Made by a program: the position numbers and the translations under genes
Shown here: piece by piece, positions 1 to 9,373 of the stretch
Layout: the number at the start of each line of letters is the position of its first letter
How positions within the stretch are numbered: the first letter of the stretch is position 1
The notes under the pieces: generated by a model
Told to the model about the DNA's origin: nothing
Seen by the model: the letters and a program-made list of their open reading frames with translations, nothing else
Databases searched by the model: none
Origin: a virus
Taxonomy: Duplodnaviria > Caudoviricetes
DNA: 45,237 bases
Direction: 5' to 3' (one strand)
IMG/VR virus record: IMGVR_UViG_3300015200_000128
Location: 1-45,237 of that record

Positions 1-11
1 CTGATGAGGCT
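1..11 (+). ncRNA. Probable 3' half of a type II hammerhead ribozyme, truncated by the window edge
   Basis: CTGATGA-GGC at 1-10, followed by AGGAGACAGC and a gene start, as at the two complete ribozymes downstream. Confidence 0.45.
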
Positions 12-37
12 GAGAACAGCCGAGGAGACAGCTCCCC

Positions 38-400
38 ATGGACACCTTCACTCACGTTGACCTCACCCCGGCTCAGGCTTGGGCGCTGGTCCAAGAGGCC
101 CAAGCGGGCCGAGAGCGTGCCCGGGCCATCTACATGGACCGGACCGCCAGCGTCATCGCCCGGGAGCTGGCCGCAGCCCGCTGGGTCGCCCTTGGCGAGG
201 CCATCGCCCTCATCACCGGGATGCGGCAGGACCTCACGGTCGCCGAGCCCGAGCCCGCTCGCCCGGTCCACACGGTCCGGGGCAAGGTCATCGGCCCGGA
301 AGGTTCGCCCTACGGCGTGACCCACGACAGCGACTGCCCGGGCTGCATCGACACCCCGTTCACGGCCAGCCCGCGCAGCGAGACGTACTGGTCCAGCTAA
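38..400 (+). CDS. Hypothetical phage protein, 120 aa
   Basis: AGGAGACAGC RBS at 23-32; GC3-biased codons; C-terminal HxxxCxxC. Confidence 0.8.
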   Translation: MDTFTHVDLTPAQAWALVQEAQAGRERARAIYMDRTASVIARELAAARWVALGEAIALITGMRQDLTVAEPEPARPVHTVRGKVIGPEGSPYGVTHDSDCPGCIDTPFTASPRSETYWSS

Positions 401-402
401 CA

Positions 403-468
403 GCCGAAACGCCCCAGAGCGGGCGTCGTCCCAGCACTGACCGGCTGGGGCCTGATGACGGCAGGTCA
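403..468 (+). ncRNA. Type II hammerhead ribozyme HH1
   Basis: GCC-GAAAC; stem III ACGCCC/GGGCGU; GUC cleavage triplet 425-427; stem I GUCCCAGC/GCUGGGGC; CUGAUGA 452-458; GGC 460-462; loop I UGACC (438-442) complementary to tail GGUCA (464-468). Confidence 0.9.
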
Positions 469-478
469 AGGAGACAGC

Positions 479-619
479 ATGTACACCACCACCGAGCAGG
501 CCAAGCAGGCCGCGCTCCGCAGCCTGCTCAGGGAGCAGGAGTCCAAGGGTCGCATCGTGAGCCCATGGGTTCGCAGCGCGGTCCTCAAGCAGCTGCCAGC
601 CAAGGAGCTGAGTCGATGA
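479..619 (+). CDS. Small hypothetical protein, 46 aa (MYTTTEQAKQ...), not in the ORF track
   Basis: ATG directly after AGGAGACAGC; ATGA overlap with next gene. Confidence 0.7.
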   Translation: MYTTTEQAKQAALRSLLREQESKGRIVSPWVRSAVLKQLPAKELSR

Positions 620-813
620 GCCGTGACCGCAACCTCGGCAACTGGACCGAGGAGACGCTGGCCGAACGCAAGGCCGCTGACCAGTGCGCCGTCAACTACG
701 ACGACTGGTGCCTCGTTCACGACGTCAAGGCCGACTTCGGCCACTACCTCGACACCCGTCCAGCCGAGGACCGTGGGCACGACCCAGTCAGCGGCATCGC
801 CTACAACGACTGA
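616..813 (+). CDS. Small hypothetical protein, 65 aa (MSRDRNLGNW...)
   Basis: Start/stop overlaps on both sides; AAGGAG upstream; Cys/His residues. Confidence 0.7.
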   Translation: MSRDRNLGNWTEETLAERKAADQCAVNYDDWCLVHDVKADFGHYLDTRPAEDRGHDPVSGIAYND

Positions 814-932
814 TGCTCACCCTCGTGGTCATCATCGCCGTCATGTTGGTCACACGCTGGGTCGTCCGGCGTGGGGCCAAGCCGAACGCCGAGCGGGCAG
901 CTGCTGCTCGCCGGGTGGAGGACTGCTACTGA
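813..932 (+). CDS. Small single-TM protein, 39 aa
   Basis: TGATG coupling; hydrophobic LTLVVIIAVMLV followed by basic residues. Confidence 0.6.
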   Translation: MLTLVVIIAVMLVTRWVVRRGAKPNAERAAAARRVEDCY

Positions 933-997
933 GCCGAAACGCCCTTCGGGGCGTCGTTCCGACGCTGACCGGTCGGAGCCTGAATGAAGGCAGGTCA
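933..997 (+). ncRNA. Type II hammerhead ribozyme HH2 (core variant CUGAAUGA)
   Basis: GCC-GAAAC; stem III closed by C(UUCG)G; GUC 953-955; stem I GUUCCGAC/GUCGGAGC covarying with HH1; same UGACC/GGUCA pseudoknot. Confidence 0.85.
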
Positions 998-1013
998 ACA
1001 GGAGACAGCACCA

Positions 1014-1496
1014 GTGCCAGCACTGACCAAGTACGGCGACGACGTCGTCGCCTATCACATCGCACCCAGCCGGGAGCTGGCGAACCGCGTGACCTGTCGC
1101 TTCGTGGCGTCGGGTTCCGGCTCGTACTACTCCCGGTCGTGCGACAAGGCCGCAGCGTGGGCCGAGGCGTGGACCGACGCCGAGGGCAAGCAGCACATCG
1201 GGGACTACCCGCAGCTGCGCTGCAACAGGCACCGCGCCATTGACGAGCGCACCCGGGCCAACCGTGGCTACCTCTCGCCGCGAGAGTACGCCCCGTTCGA
1301 CGCCAAGGCCACCATCGCCGAGTGGCAGCAGGTCGAGGCCGCAGCCGCTGAGCATCAGCGTCTGGCCGACGTTCACGAGAAGGTCAAGGCGAGCGCCGTC
1401 TACATCCTCAAGCACGCGGTCCTCGCGACCGACGAGCGCCAAGCGTTGCAGAACGTCGTCAACGACCTGACGACCGGGATGCTTGAGGTCCGTTGA
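1014..1496 (+). CDS. Hypothetical protein with Cys/His residues (possible zinc binder)
   Basis: GTG after AGGAGACAGC 1000-1009; codon bias. Confidence 0.8.
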   Translation: MPALTKYGDDVVAYHIAPSRELANRVTCRFVASGSGSYYSRSCDKAAAWAEAWTDAEGKQHIGDYPQLRCNRHRAIDERTRANRGYLSPREYAPFDAKATIAEWQQVEAAAAEHQRLADVHEKVKASAVYILKHAVLATDERQALQNVVNDLTTGMLEVR

Positions 1497-1501
1497 CCTC
1501 A

Positions 1502-1631
1502 CGGACCCTAGCGGTCCGGTCAGGCTCTGACACAGGACGGGGTTGAAGTCCCCGGGCGACCGACAATCCCAAAGGGGACCGGGGCCGAGTGTCCACCGAC
1601 CACGCACGGTGTCAGCGCCTGACCGCACCGC
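1502..1631. ncRNA. Candidate structured RNA / inverted-repeat element
   Basis: 23-nt inverted repeat 1511-1533/1609-1631 (2 mismatches) enclosing nested hairpins including GGGG-UUGAAGU-CCCC. Confidence 0.45.
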
Positions 1632-1640
1632 TTGGTGCCA

Positions 1641-1663
1641 CTGTGGTACACTACGTGCCACAG
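1641..1663 (+). promoter_or_regulatory. Extended -10 promoter (TG-G-TACACT) inside an inverted repeat
   Basis: CTGTGGTAC-ACTAC-GTGCCACAG; second copy at 4613-4637. Confidence 0.6.
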
Positions 1664-1689
1664 CCATCCACCACAGGAGACAGCACAAC

Positions 1690-3105
1690 ATGGCGAACAT
1701 CCCCGCCCTGCCGTCAGGACACGAGGTCCTGCGCCGGGGCAAGGCAGTCAAGGGCCAGCCACTGGACTACGGTCCCGGCGGCTGCTCCATCATCGTCAAC
1801 AGCGACGTGGTCACGCTCAGCGATGAGCAGGGCATGCTCGCCACGACGCACGGCGCTGTGTACGCCGTGACCATGCGCCGGGTCAACCCGGGCAACATCG
1901 GCTACGTCAACCGCTTCATCGCGGACTGGGGCAAGGTCGAGCGCAACTGGCGCACCAAGCAGTACGTCGTCAAGTCCGGCATCACCGAGGCGCTCGCCTC
2001 GGACGTCGAGGCCACGACCCAGCTGCCGACGCCGACAGCACCCGTCGCACCACAGGTCATCGAGGCCGTGCCTGCCGAGGTTGAGCCCACGCCGGAACCG
2101 GTCGTGGTCGCAGCCGCGTCAGCGCCGGTCATCATCGACGCCCCGGTGCAGGACATCGGTGCGCTCATCCCGGCAGCTGCGCCTGTCCTCAAGGTCAAGC
2201 GCAAGACCATCGCCGGTCAGGACATGGTCGTCCTCGACAAGGTCCACATCCCGGCCCGCTTCTACGACCGCATGGAGCGGACGTGGAACCGCCGCCAGCG
2301 CGGCGAGCGCGGTGCCGTCGTCGTGACCGGGCCTTCGGGCACGGCCAAGACGCTGATGGTCCGCAAGTTTGCCGAGGCGATGGGCGTCCCGCTCATCATC
2401 CAGTCGGGCGGCAAGGTCCGCACGGCTGACGACTGGTTCGGTGGCCTCAAGCAGGACCGCGTGACCGGTCGCTTCAACTTCCAGTACAACCCGTTCGGGG
2501 CTGCGCTCAAGCAGAGCGTGCGCTGCATCGTCCTGCTGGACGAGGCGAACCGGGCGGAGACGCCGCAGGCCCTGAACGCGGTGCTGTCCCTCTTGGACGA
2601 CACCAAGTCGGTCTGGTCGCCTGATGCAGGCGAGTACTTCACGCTCCCCGACGGGATGCTCGTCGTGATGACGGCCAACGTCGGCGCGGAGTACGTCGGC
2701 ACCCAGCCGATGGACGCGGCTGTCACCCAGCGCTTCGGCACAGGCATCCGCCTGAGCTACCCGACACCGACCGTCGAGGTCGAGGTCCTCGTTGCCGTCA
2801 CCGGCATCGACAAGGCGCAGGCCGACACGCTCGTCCAGATGGCGAACCATCAGCGTCCGCTCAAGGACGACCTGATGCGCTTCCCGTCCGGCACCGGGGT
2901 ATCGCCCCGGATGCTGGTGGATATCGCGACCGACATCGTGGACGGGGCACCAGCCCGGGATGCGGTCGAGTCCACGTTCGAAGCGCAGTTTGGGGTCGAG
3001 GACTCCGAGGCGCTCGGCATCATCGTGGACACCTACTTCCCGGCAGCCGCGACCAGCACGCTGGACGTGGACGTCGATGCAATCAGCGAGGCCGACGACA
3101 TCTAG
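1690..3105 (+). CDS. MoxR/CbbQ/CobS-like AAA+ ATPase
   Basis: Walker A GPSGTAKT, Walker B VLLDEANR, sensor TAN, MDAAVTQRF arginine finger, SPRML lid; ATG 1690 follows the RBS motif. Confidence 0.9.
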   Translation: MANIPALPSGHEVLRRGKAVKGQPLDYGPGGCSIIVNSDVVTLSDEQGMLATTHGAVYAVTMRRVNPGNIGYVNRFIADWGKVERNWRTKQYVVKSGITEALASDVEATTQLPTPTAPVAPQVIEAVPAEVEPTPEPVVVAAASAPVIIDAPVQDIGALIPAAAPVLKVKRKTIAGQDMVVLDKVHIPARFYDRMERTWNRRQRGERGAVVVTGPSGTAKTLMVRKFAEAMGVPLIIQSGGKVRTADDWFGGLKQDRVTGRFNFQYNPFGAALKQSVRCIVLLDEANRAETPQALNAVLSLLDDTKSVWSPDAGEYFTLPDGMLVVMTANVGAEYVGTQPMDAAVTQRFGTGIRLSYPTPTVEVEVLVAVTGIDKAQADTLVQMANHQRPLKDDLMRFPSGTGVSPRMLVDIATDIVDGAPARDAVESTFEAQFGVEDSEALGIIVDTYFPAAATSTLDVDVDAISEADDI

Positions 3106-3142
3106 TCGTTGGCCTCACCAGCCAGCACAGGAGACAGCACCA

Positions 3143-4606
<1,464 letters not shown>

Positions 4607-4612
4607 TCCCAC

Positions 4613-4637
4613 GGCGTGGTACACTTCGTACCACGCC
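4613..4637 (+). promoter_or_regulatory. Extended -10 promoter inside a perfect 10-bp inverted repeat
   Basis: GGCGTGGTAC-ACTTC-GTACCACGCC, TACACT at 4620-4625. Confidence 0.6.
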
Positions 4638-4661
4638 ACCACTCAAGGAGACAGCACGCAC

Positions 4662-5543
4662 ATGGCACAAGCCGACAGGTACTATCACGAGCCGACGGTC
4701 CACGCAGCTGTGGTCGCCGCCGTTCGCACCGCCTTCGTGCGGTCCCGCACATCGCCCCGGGGTTGGGCGCACCGCCTCGATGAGGGTCGGCTCGACCCTC
4801 GCAACGTCTGGCGTCAGCAGGCCACTGCCCGGACCGACATCTTCCGCGACCGGCTCGCGCCGGGTGCGACCAAGGTCAACGTCCACATCCTCGTGGATGG
4901 GTCCGGCTCGATGACATCGGGCGACCAGCAGAACGAGGACGGCTCGGCTGCGACGCGCATCGAGAAGGCCATCGACATCACCGCCACCCTGACCGACGCC
5001 TTCCGTGGACAGCCCACGGTCAGGCTCAACGTCTGGATGCACAACACCGCCTCCCAGTTTGGCGAGGTCGCGATGTGGCCCATCATCACCAACAGTCAGG
5101 GTCGGCAGAACGTCGGCTTCATGGCTGGTGCGGTCGGTGGTGGCAACGGCGACGGCTACGCCATCAAGTGGGTCGGTGACAAGGTCCGCCGCTCGCACCG
5201 CAAGGGCGAGGTTGACCTGCTCATCGTCGTGTCGGATGGCCTGCCCTCGTGGCTGTCGGCCAACCGGGACCTCGGTCGGTACAACTACCAGACCGGGAGC
5301 TACGACGGTGTCGGCAACAACGGCGTGGCGCTGGTCTACAACGCAGTGCAGGAGCTGCGCGAGCGAGGCACCCGGGTGCTGGCAATCGCCATCACCCCCA
5401 ACAACAACTTCGCCGAGATGTACGGCGAGGCCGGGACCATCCCGTTCACCGGTGACTGGGCAGAGCTGGCGGTCAACATCGGCAAGGCACTGGGCGACAC
5501 GCTCAGTGCCGCCGCTCGTGACCCCAAGACGGCCAAGCGATGA
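4662..5543 (+). CDS. von Willebrand factor A domain protein (CobT C-terminal-like)
   Basis: EGRLDPR pre-vWA motif, MIDAS LVDGSGSM, GNGDGYAI, LIVVSDGLP. Confidence 0.9.
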   Translation: MAQADRYYHEPTVHAAVVAAVRTAFVRSRTSPRGWAHRLDEGRLDPRNVWRQQATARTDIFRDRLAPGATKVNVHILVDGSGSMTSGDQQNEDGSAATRIEKAIDITATLTDAFRGQPTVRLNVWMHNTASQFGEVAMWPIITNSQGRQNVGFMAGAVGGGNGDGYAIKWVGDKVRRSHRKGEVDLLIVVSDGLPSWLSANRDLGRYNYQTGSYDGVGNNGVALVYNAVQELRERGTRVLAIAITPNNNFAEMYGEAGTIPFTGDWAELAVNIGKALGDTLSAAARDPKTAKR

Positions 5544-5797
5544 AGCGCACCGTCCTCATCGACCCGGCCAACCAGTGTTCGCACTGCCCGCATGAGGTCA
5601 TCGCACTGCCCCGGAGCGGCACGCTCTGGTGTCCGTGCGAGGACTGCCATGCCGGTGGCCTCATCCAAGGGCGTGAGCCCAAGGACAACCACACCGTGGC
5701 ACCAAGGGTTGCCGCATCCATTGAGGTCGATGACCTCACAGCCAGTGAGTCCAACGACTCCGAAGTCTGGATTGACCCGGTCCACCGGGTCGGATAG
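5540..5797 (+). CDS. Small Cys-rich hypothetical protein
   Basis: ATGA overlap; CSHC and CPCEDC. Confidence 0.7.
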   Translation: MKRTVLIDPANQCSHCPHEVIALPRSGTLWCPCEDCHAGGLIQGREPKDNHTVAPRVAASIEVDDLTASESNDSEVWIDPVHRVG

Positions 5798-5806
5798 GAG
5801 ACAGCA

Positions 5807-5983
5807 ATGCACACGAGAACACGCACGTCCAAGTGGTATCGCCCCGGCAAGGCCGGGGTGACCCGCTGCCCGGTCATCGTCATGACCAACGTCGGCCCGC
5901 ACCAGTGCGAGCTGACCCGGGAGTACCCGCACAGCCATCCGGTCGAGGTCCTCTCGTCTGACCGGTACGAGGTCCAGTCGTGA
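5807..5983 (+). CDS. Small hypothetical protein, 58 aa (MHTRTRTSKW...)
   Basis: ATG after AGGAGACAGC 5796-5805; GTGA overlap with next gene. Confidence 0.65.
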   Translation: MHTRTRTSKWYRPGKAGVTRCPVIVMTNVGPHQCELTREYPHSHPVEVLSSDRYEVQS

Positions 5984-6246
5984 GCGTCCTCATCGTTCCG
6001 GGCACGACGCTGGCGACCGCCGTCAGCATCGTGTCCAACGGCGGGGGCGTCATGGCCTCCGCCGCCAACCCGCTCATCGAAGTCGAGCCCGGGTCCATGG
6101 CCCGGGGTGTTGAGGTCACCCTTCACGTCGGCATCTACGACGTTGAGGTCACGCTCAGTGGAGCTGACAGGCTGGCGCTGGTCGAGCTGCTGCTCGGTCG
6201 TCGCCTGTCCGAGGCCGAGGACCGGCTGATGGACGGCAACCGATGA
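5980..6246 (+). CDS. Hypothetical protein, 88 aa
   Basis: Coupled start/stop overlaps on both sides. Confidence 0.7.
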   Translation: MSVLIVPGTTLATAVSIVSNGGGVMASAANPLIEVEPGSMARGVEVTLHVGIYDVEVTLSGADRLALVELLLGRRLSEAEDRLMDGNR

Positions 6247-6413
6247 GGCTGTCGATGCTGATGTACCTGCTGACCATCCTCAATGGCGGCTTGCTCGCAC
6301 TGAACGTGGGGTTCGTTGCTGCCACCGGCAACCCGGTCAGCGTTGGCGCAGCCACCTTTATCGGTGTCTGCCTCATCACTCAGCTCATCAGCCTAGCCAA
6401 GGCTACACGCTGA
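6243..6413 (+). CDS. Small two-TM membrane protein, 56 aa
   Basis: MRLSMLMYLLTILNGGLLALNVGFVAA...; coupled overlaps. Confidence 0.65.
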   Translation: MRLSMLMYLLTILNGGLLALNVGFVAATGNPVSVGAATFIGVCLITQLISLAKATR

Positions 6414-6865
6414 TGAGCGAGCGCAGTGAGTCGGACCCCCGAAAGGCGCTGCGAGAAGCGGCCTGTATCCATTGCGGCACCGTGCTTGAAGGCGAGGTCT
6501 TTTCGTGCTGTGCCGCCCTCGCCCAAGCCGCACCGTCTCCCGAAGTGGCGTACTGGCGCGACCTGTACGAGACGTGCCTTGCAACGACCACGAGACTCGC
6601 CCAAGCCGCACCGCCGAGCGGGCTGGACGTGGAGCCGGAGGCGCTGGAAGCCAAGGCCGGGAAGATGCTTGTGGAGGCGGCACGGCTGCGGCTTGCGCGG
6701 GGCGGTCCGAATGACGCGCACGAGGTCCGCCACCTGTACGCCGCCATCCAGTACGGCAACAGCGACGACGAGAACGACGGCTGCCGACTGGACACGCAAC
6801 ACTACCTCGACATCATCGACCCGAGAGCTGATACACTGGCACTTCCCGACACAGACAAGGAGTAG
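6413..6865 (+). CDS. Modular protein with DPRxALREA leader and two AQAAP repeats
   Basis: Shares DNA boxes with 11333-12058; TGATG coupling. Confidence 0.75.
   Translation: MSERSESDPRKALREAACIHCGTVLEGEVFSCCAALAQAAPSPEVAYWRDLYETCLATTTRLAQAAPPSGLDVEPEALEAKAGKMLVEAARLRLARGGPNDAHEVRHLYAAIQYGNSDDENDGCRLDTQHYLDIIDPRADTLALPDTDKE
6521..6619 (+). repeat. Two copies of the 21-bp AQAAPPP-type repeat
   Basis: GCCCAAGCCGCACCGTCTCCC 6521-6541; GCCCAAGCCGCACCGCCGAGC 6599-6619. Confidence 0.9.
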
Positions 6866-6925
6866 CTCCCACAGATACCATCACTAGGCACCACCACCCT
6901 CTCACCCCTACAAGGAGACAGCCAC

Positions 6926-7447
6926 TTGTCCAAGACCGACCCGTTCGCGGGCATCACCGAAGCACCGACCGACCGCATCACTGCGGACGGTCGCCCCATC
7001 ACCGAGCTGGACACCGGCACCATCCCCGTTGTCCTCACCGGCACCCATCTTCGTGATGGCAAGGCCAACTCATCCACCGAGTGCAGCTTTGCGCTCGCCA
7101 TCCTGCCGATGCCGGGTGTGACCGGCGTCCACGTCTGGCGGCAGCGGGTGTACATCGACTTCGCTGACCGCCAGCTCCGGGCAGCACTGCCCAAGCGCAG
7201 CAAGACGGTCGTTGTCCTCAACGACCTGAGTGCGGGCAAGCTGGCGCAGCCGGGGAGCTACACCCTCGTGCCCATCGGCAAGTCGGAGCGGTTCGCTGGC
7301 AAGCGCATCAAGAACCAGCGGGCCAAGGTGTCGGGCTACGCCTCGCCTCGCGGGAAGATGGCGACCCAGCACTCTTCGACGGGCGACTACCTCACCGTGG
7401 CTGGCGTCCGCAACGGCGTCGGTCAGGTCCACACCCAGAAGGCGTAG
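6926..7447 (+). CDS. Basic hypothetical protein, 173 aa
   Basis: TTG after CAAGGAGACAGCCAC; codon bias. Confidence 0.8.
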   Translation: MSKTDPFAGITEAPTDRITADGRPITELDTGTIPVVLTGTHLRDGKANSSTECSFALAILPMPGVTGVHVWRQRVYIDFADRQLRAALPKRSKTVVVLNDLSAGKLAQPGSYTLVPIGKSERFAGKRIKNQRAKVSGYASPRGKMATQHSSTGDYLTVAGVRNGVGQVHTQKA

Positions 7448-7453
7448 CTCACA

Positions 7454-7483
7454 CGAGCGGGCGCGGTCACACCCGCCCGCTCG
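7454..7483 (+). terminator. GC-rich hairpin after gene (no U tract)
   Basis: CGAGCGGGCG/CGCCCGCTCG 10-bp stem. Confidence 0.45.
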
Positions 7484-7507
7484 CCCCCCGCCCCCCAGTC
7501 CACTGGG

Positions 7508-7527
7508 TTTCCCACAACTTGTCCACA
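7508..7527 (+). promoter_or_regulatory. Tandem DnaA-box-like 9-mers
   Basis: TTTCCCACA 7508-7516 and TTGTCCACA 7519-7527 in an intergenic gap. Confidence 0.4.
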
Positions 7528-7543
7528 CCAAGGAGACAGCCAC

Positions 7544-7675
7544 TTGAACGAACCGAGCAACGTTGACCACACCATCCAGCACATCCGGGCCAGCTACTAC
7601 GACGCCCCTGTTCGACAGGCTCATCGCCTGTCACTCTGGGAGCGCATCAAGCGGGCGTTCAGGTGGAGCTGGTGA
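7544..7675 (+). CDS. Small hypothetical protein, 43 aa
   Basis: Same CAAGGAGACAGCCACTTG start context as gene 6926. Confidence 0.6.
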   Translation: MNEPSNVDHTIQHIRASYYDAPVRQAHRLSLWERIKRAFRWSW

Positions 7676-8055
7676 CCCCGCAGGAATGGCGCGACAAGCT
7701 AGCCGCGCTGCCTGACCCAATGACCGGCGACTCGCCGTGGCACCAACCGGGCATGAAGGGCGAGGACTCCTACCAGATGGCGGCAGAGCTGACGGCCAAG
7801 GCCATGCTCACTGTCGCCGACGAGGACCCGACCCTGCTCGACATCCCCGACACCGTCACCGACGAGTGGGACCGGGCTGACTACGACGCCGCATGGCAGG
7901 CAGCCAAGGTGCGCTACCCCGGGCTGGACGACTGGCTCGGTGGCATCACCGGGAACATGTTCGGTTGGGCCAACCAACTCGTCCGCTACATCCACGACAA
8001 ACCGCCGGTCGGCAACCCGGCCATCGTCACCATCACCCTCCCGGGCGAGGAGTGA
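7663..8055 (+). CDS. Hypothetical protein, 130 aa
   Basis: Codon bias; coupled to next gene. Confidence 0.75.
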   Translation: MELVTPQEWRDKLAALPDPMTGDSPWHQPGMKGEDSYQMAAELTAKAMLTVADEDPTLLDIPDTVTDEWDRADYDAAWQAAKVRYPGLDDWLGGITGNMFGWANQLVRYIHDKPPVGNPAIVTITLPGEE

Positions 8056-8270
8056 TGAACGAGAAGCCGGGGCATCCATCCAATCCGGCCAGTGCGAGTG
8101 CCGCTCGCATCACCAAGGTGTACAAGGGAACGCAGGTCCTTCGGGACATGGACTGCCCGACGTGCGCCGAAGCCATGGCAAACCCGGGCAAGGCCGTCCC
8201 TTACCATGACGCCAGCCCACGGTGCGAGTCCGGCAAACGTCCGCACTGCACCTGCGACACATGCTTCTAG
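8055..8270 (+). CDS. Small Cys/His-rich protein, 71 aa
   Basis: TGATG coupling with GAGGAG RBS; CPTC...H...C...HCTCDTCF. Confidence 0.75.
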   Translation: MNEKPGHPSNPASASAARITKVYKGTQVLRDMDCPTCAEAMANPGKAVPYHDASPRCESGKRPHCTCDTCF

Positions 8271-8278
8271 GAGGCAAC

Positions 8279-9241
8279 ATGAGGAAAGCTTTCGTCTCAC
8301 TTGCAGTCATCGGGATGCTGCTCATCAGCGCCCCGGCTGCTCTTGCCGCCACTGGTACGTGGCAGGGCAACGGCTACCCGTCGGCTTCCTGCCAGCCCAG
8401 CACCACAGGCACCATGCTCTGGGTCTGGACCGGTGACAGCCCGACCAGCCTGACCATCAACGGCCACACCTACACCGGCTGGGAGCAGCAGGGTGGCGGT
8501 GCGTGGCACCTGACGCTGGACATCAGCGCCGACAACTACCCGCCGACCAGCGCGTCGGTCACCTACACCGGCAGCGCCGGGACGCTGACGCTCAGTGGCT
8601 GCAACGAGGGCGCGACGCCCACGCCAACGCCTACTCCGACGCCAACGCCTACTCCCACACCCACGCCGACGCCGACCCCCACGCCGACGCCGACTCCCAC
8701 CCCGACGCCGACGCCCACAGCGACGCCGACGCCGACCCCCATCGTGACACCAACCCCGACCCCGCCGGGAGCTACTCCGACACCGACACCGCCGGTCAGC
8801 ATCGGCACGTTCAGCATCGCGACCTGTCCTGCTGGCGTGACGGTTCCGGTCGGTCAGTCGGCGCTCAGCATCCGTGGCTCGGTGCTGCTCATCATCCTGC
8901 TCAAGGTCAGGGTGGACGGGCAGCTGGTGACACTCATCGACGTTCTCGGTAACGGCACCGTCGGCGAGGTATTCGTCACGCCGGGTGTCCACACCGTGAC
9001 CATCAGCAACGCGGCTGACACCGAAGTCCTGTTCAGCCGGACCATCGACTGCCCGGTCTGCCGCGATACCTTCGAAGGCACGCCGACCCCGGCTGCCCCC
9101 GGAACCCCCGCTCCCACCGCACCGCCGACCGACGTGGCCGGTGGGTCCAGCTCAGGCGGCTCGACTCCGATGCTGCCGCTGCTGCTCATCCTCGGTGTCA
9201 TCGGCACCGTGGCTGTCCTGCTTACTCCGAAGCGCCGCTAG
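8279..9241 (+). CDS. Secreted, surface-anchored protein with (PT)n linker and C-terminal PPTD-TM-basic tail
   Basis: Signal peptide [23 protein letters not shown]; PT repeats; APPTD...[20 protein letters not shown]. Confidence 0.85.
   Translation: MRKAFVSLAVIGMLLISAPAALAATGTWQGNGYPSASCQPSTTGTMLWVWTGDSPTSLTINGHTYTGWEQQGGGAWHLTLDISADNYPPTSASVTYTGSAGTLTLSGCNEGATPTPTPTPTPTPTPTPTPTPTPTPTPTPTPTPTPTATPTPTPIVTPTPTPPGATPTPTPPVSIGTFSIATCPAGVTVPVGQSALSIRGSVLLIILLKVRVDGQLVTLIDVLGNGTVGEVFVTPGVHTVTISNAADTEVLFSRTIDCPVCRDTFEGTPTPAAPGTPAPTAPPTDVAGGSSSGGSTPMLPLLLILGVIGTVAVLLTPKRR
8614..8790 (+). repeat. Pro-Thr dipeptide coding repeat
   Basis: Degenerate 6-bp ACGCCG/ACNCCN units with synonymous variation. 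Confidence 0.9.
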
Positions 9242-9249
9242 TTTCTGCT

Positions 9250-9355
9250 CCGCATGTTGAGCCGCAACATGCGGAGGACATGCGGTAGAGTCAACGAACA
9301 GAGGGCCCCTTGGTCCCACCGTCCCGGCGGTGGTACCAAGGGGCTCTTTGTGTTT
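9250..9355 (+). terminator. Hairpin plus rho-independent terminator
   Basis: TCCGCATGTTG/CAACATGCGGA hairpin; GGGCCCCTTGGT.../ACCAAGGGGCTC followed by TTTGTGTTT. Confidence 0.7.
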
Positions 9356-9373
9356 CTGCCCAGCTGTAACGCC

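Noticed and set aside
1543-1689. Upstream extensions given by the ORF track (1543; similarly 984, 2960, 4389, 10488)
   Set aside because: Real starts more plausibly follow the AGGAGACAGC motif; the extensions run through RNA structures or upstream genes
6410-6417. Additional CTGATGA hammerhead core
   Set aside because: It is a TGATG stop/start junction, with no GAAAC or helices nearby
8614-8790. PT repeat as a functional DNA repeat
   Set aside because: Synonymous variation shows a protein-level linker
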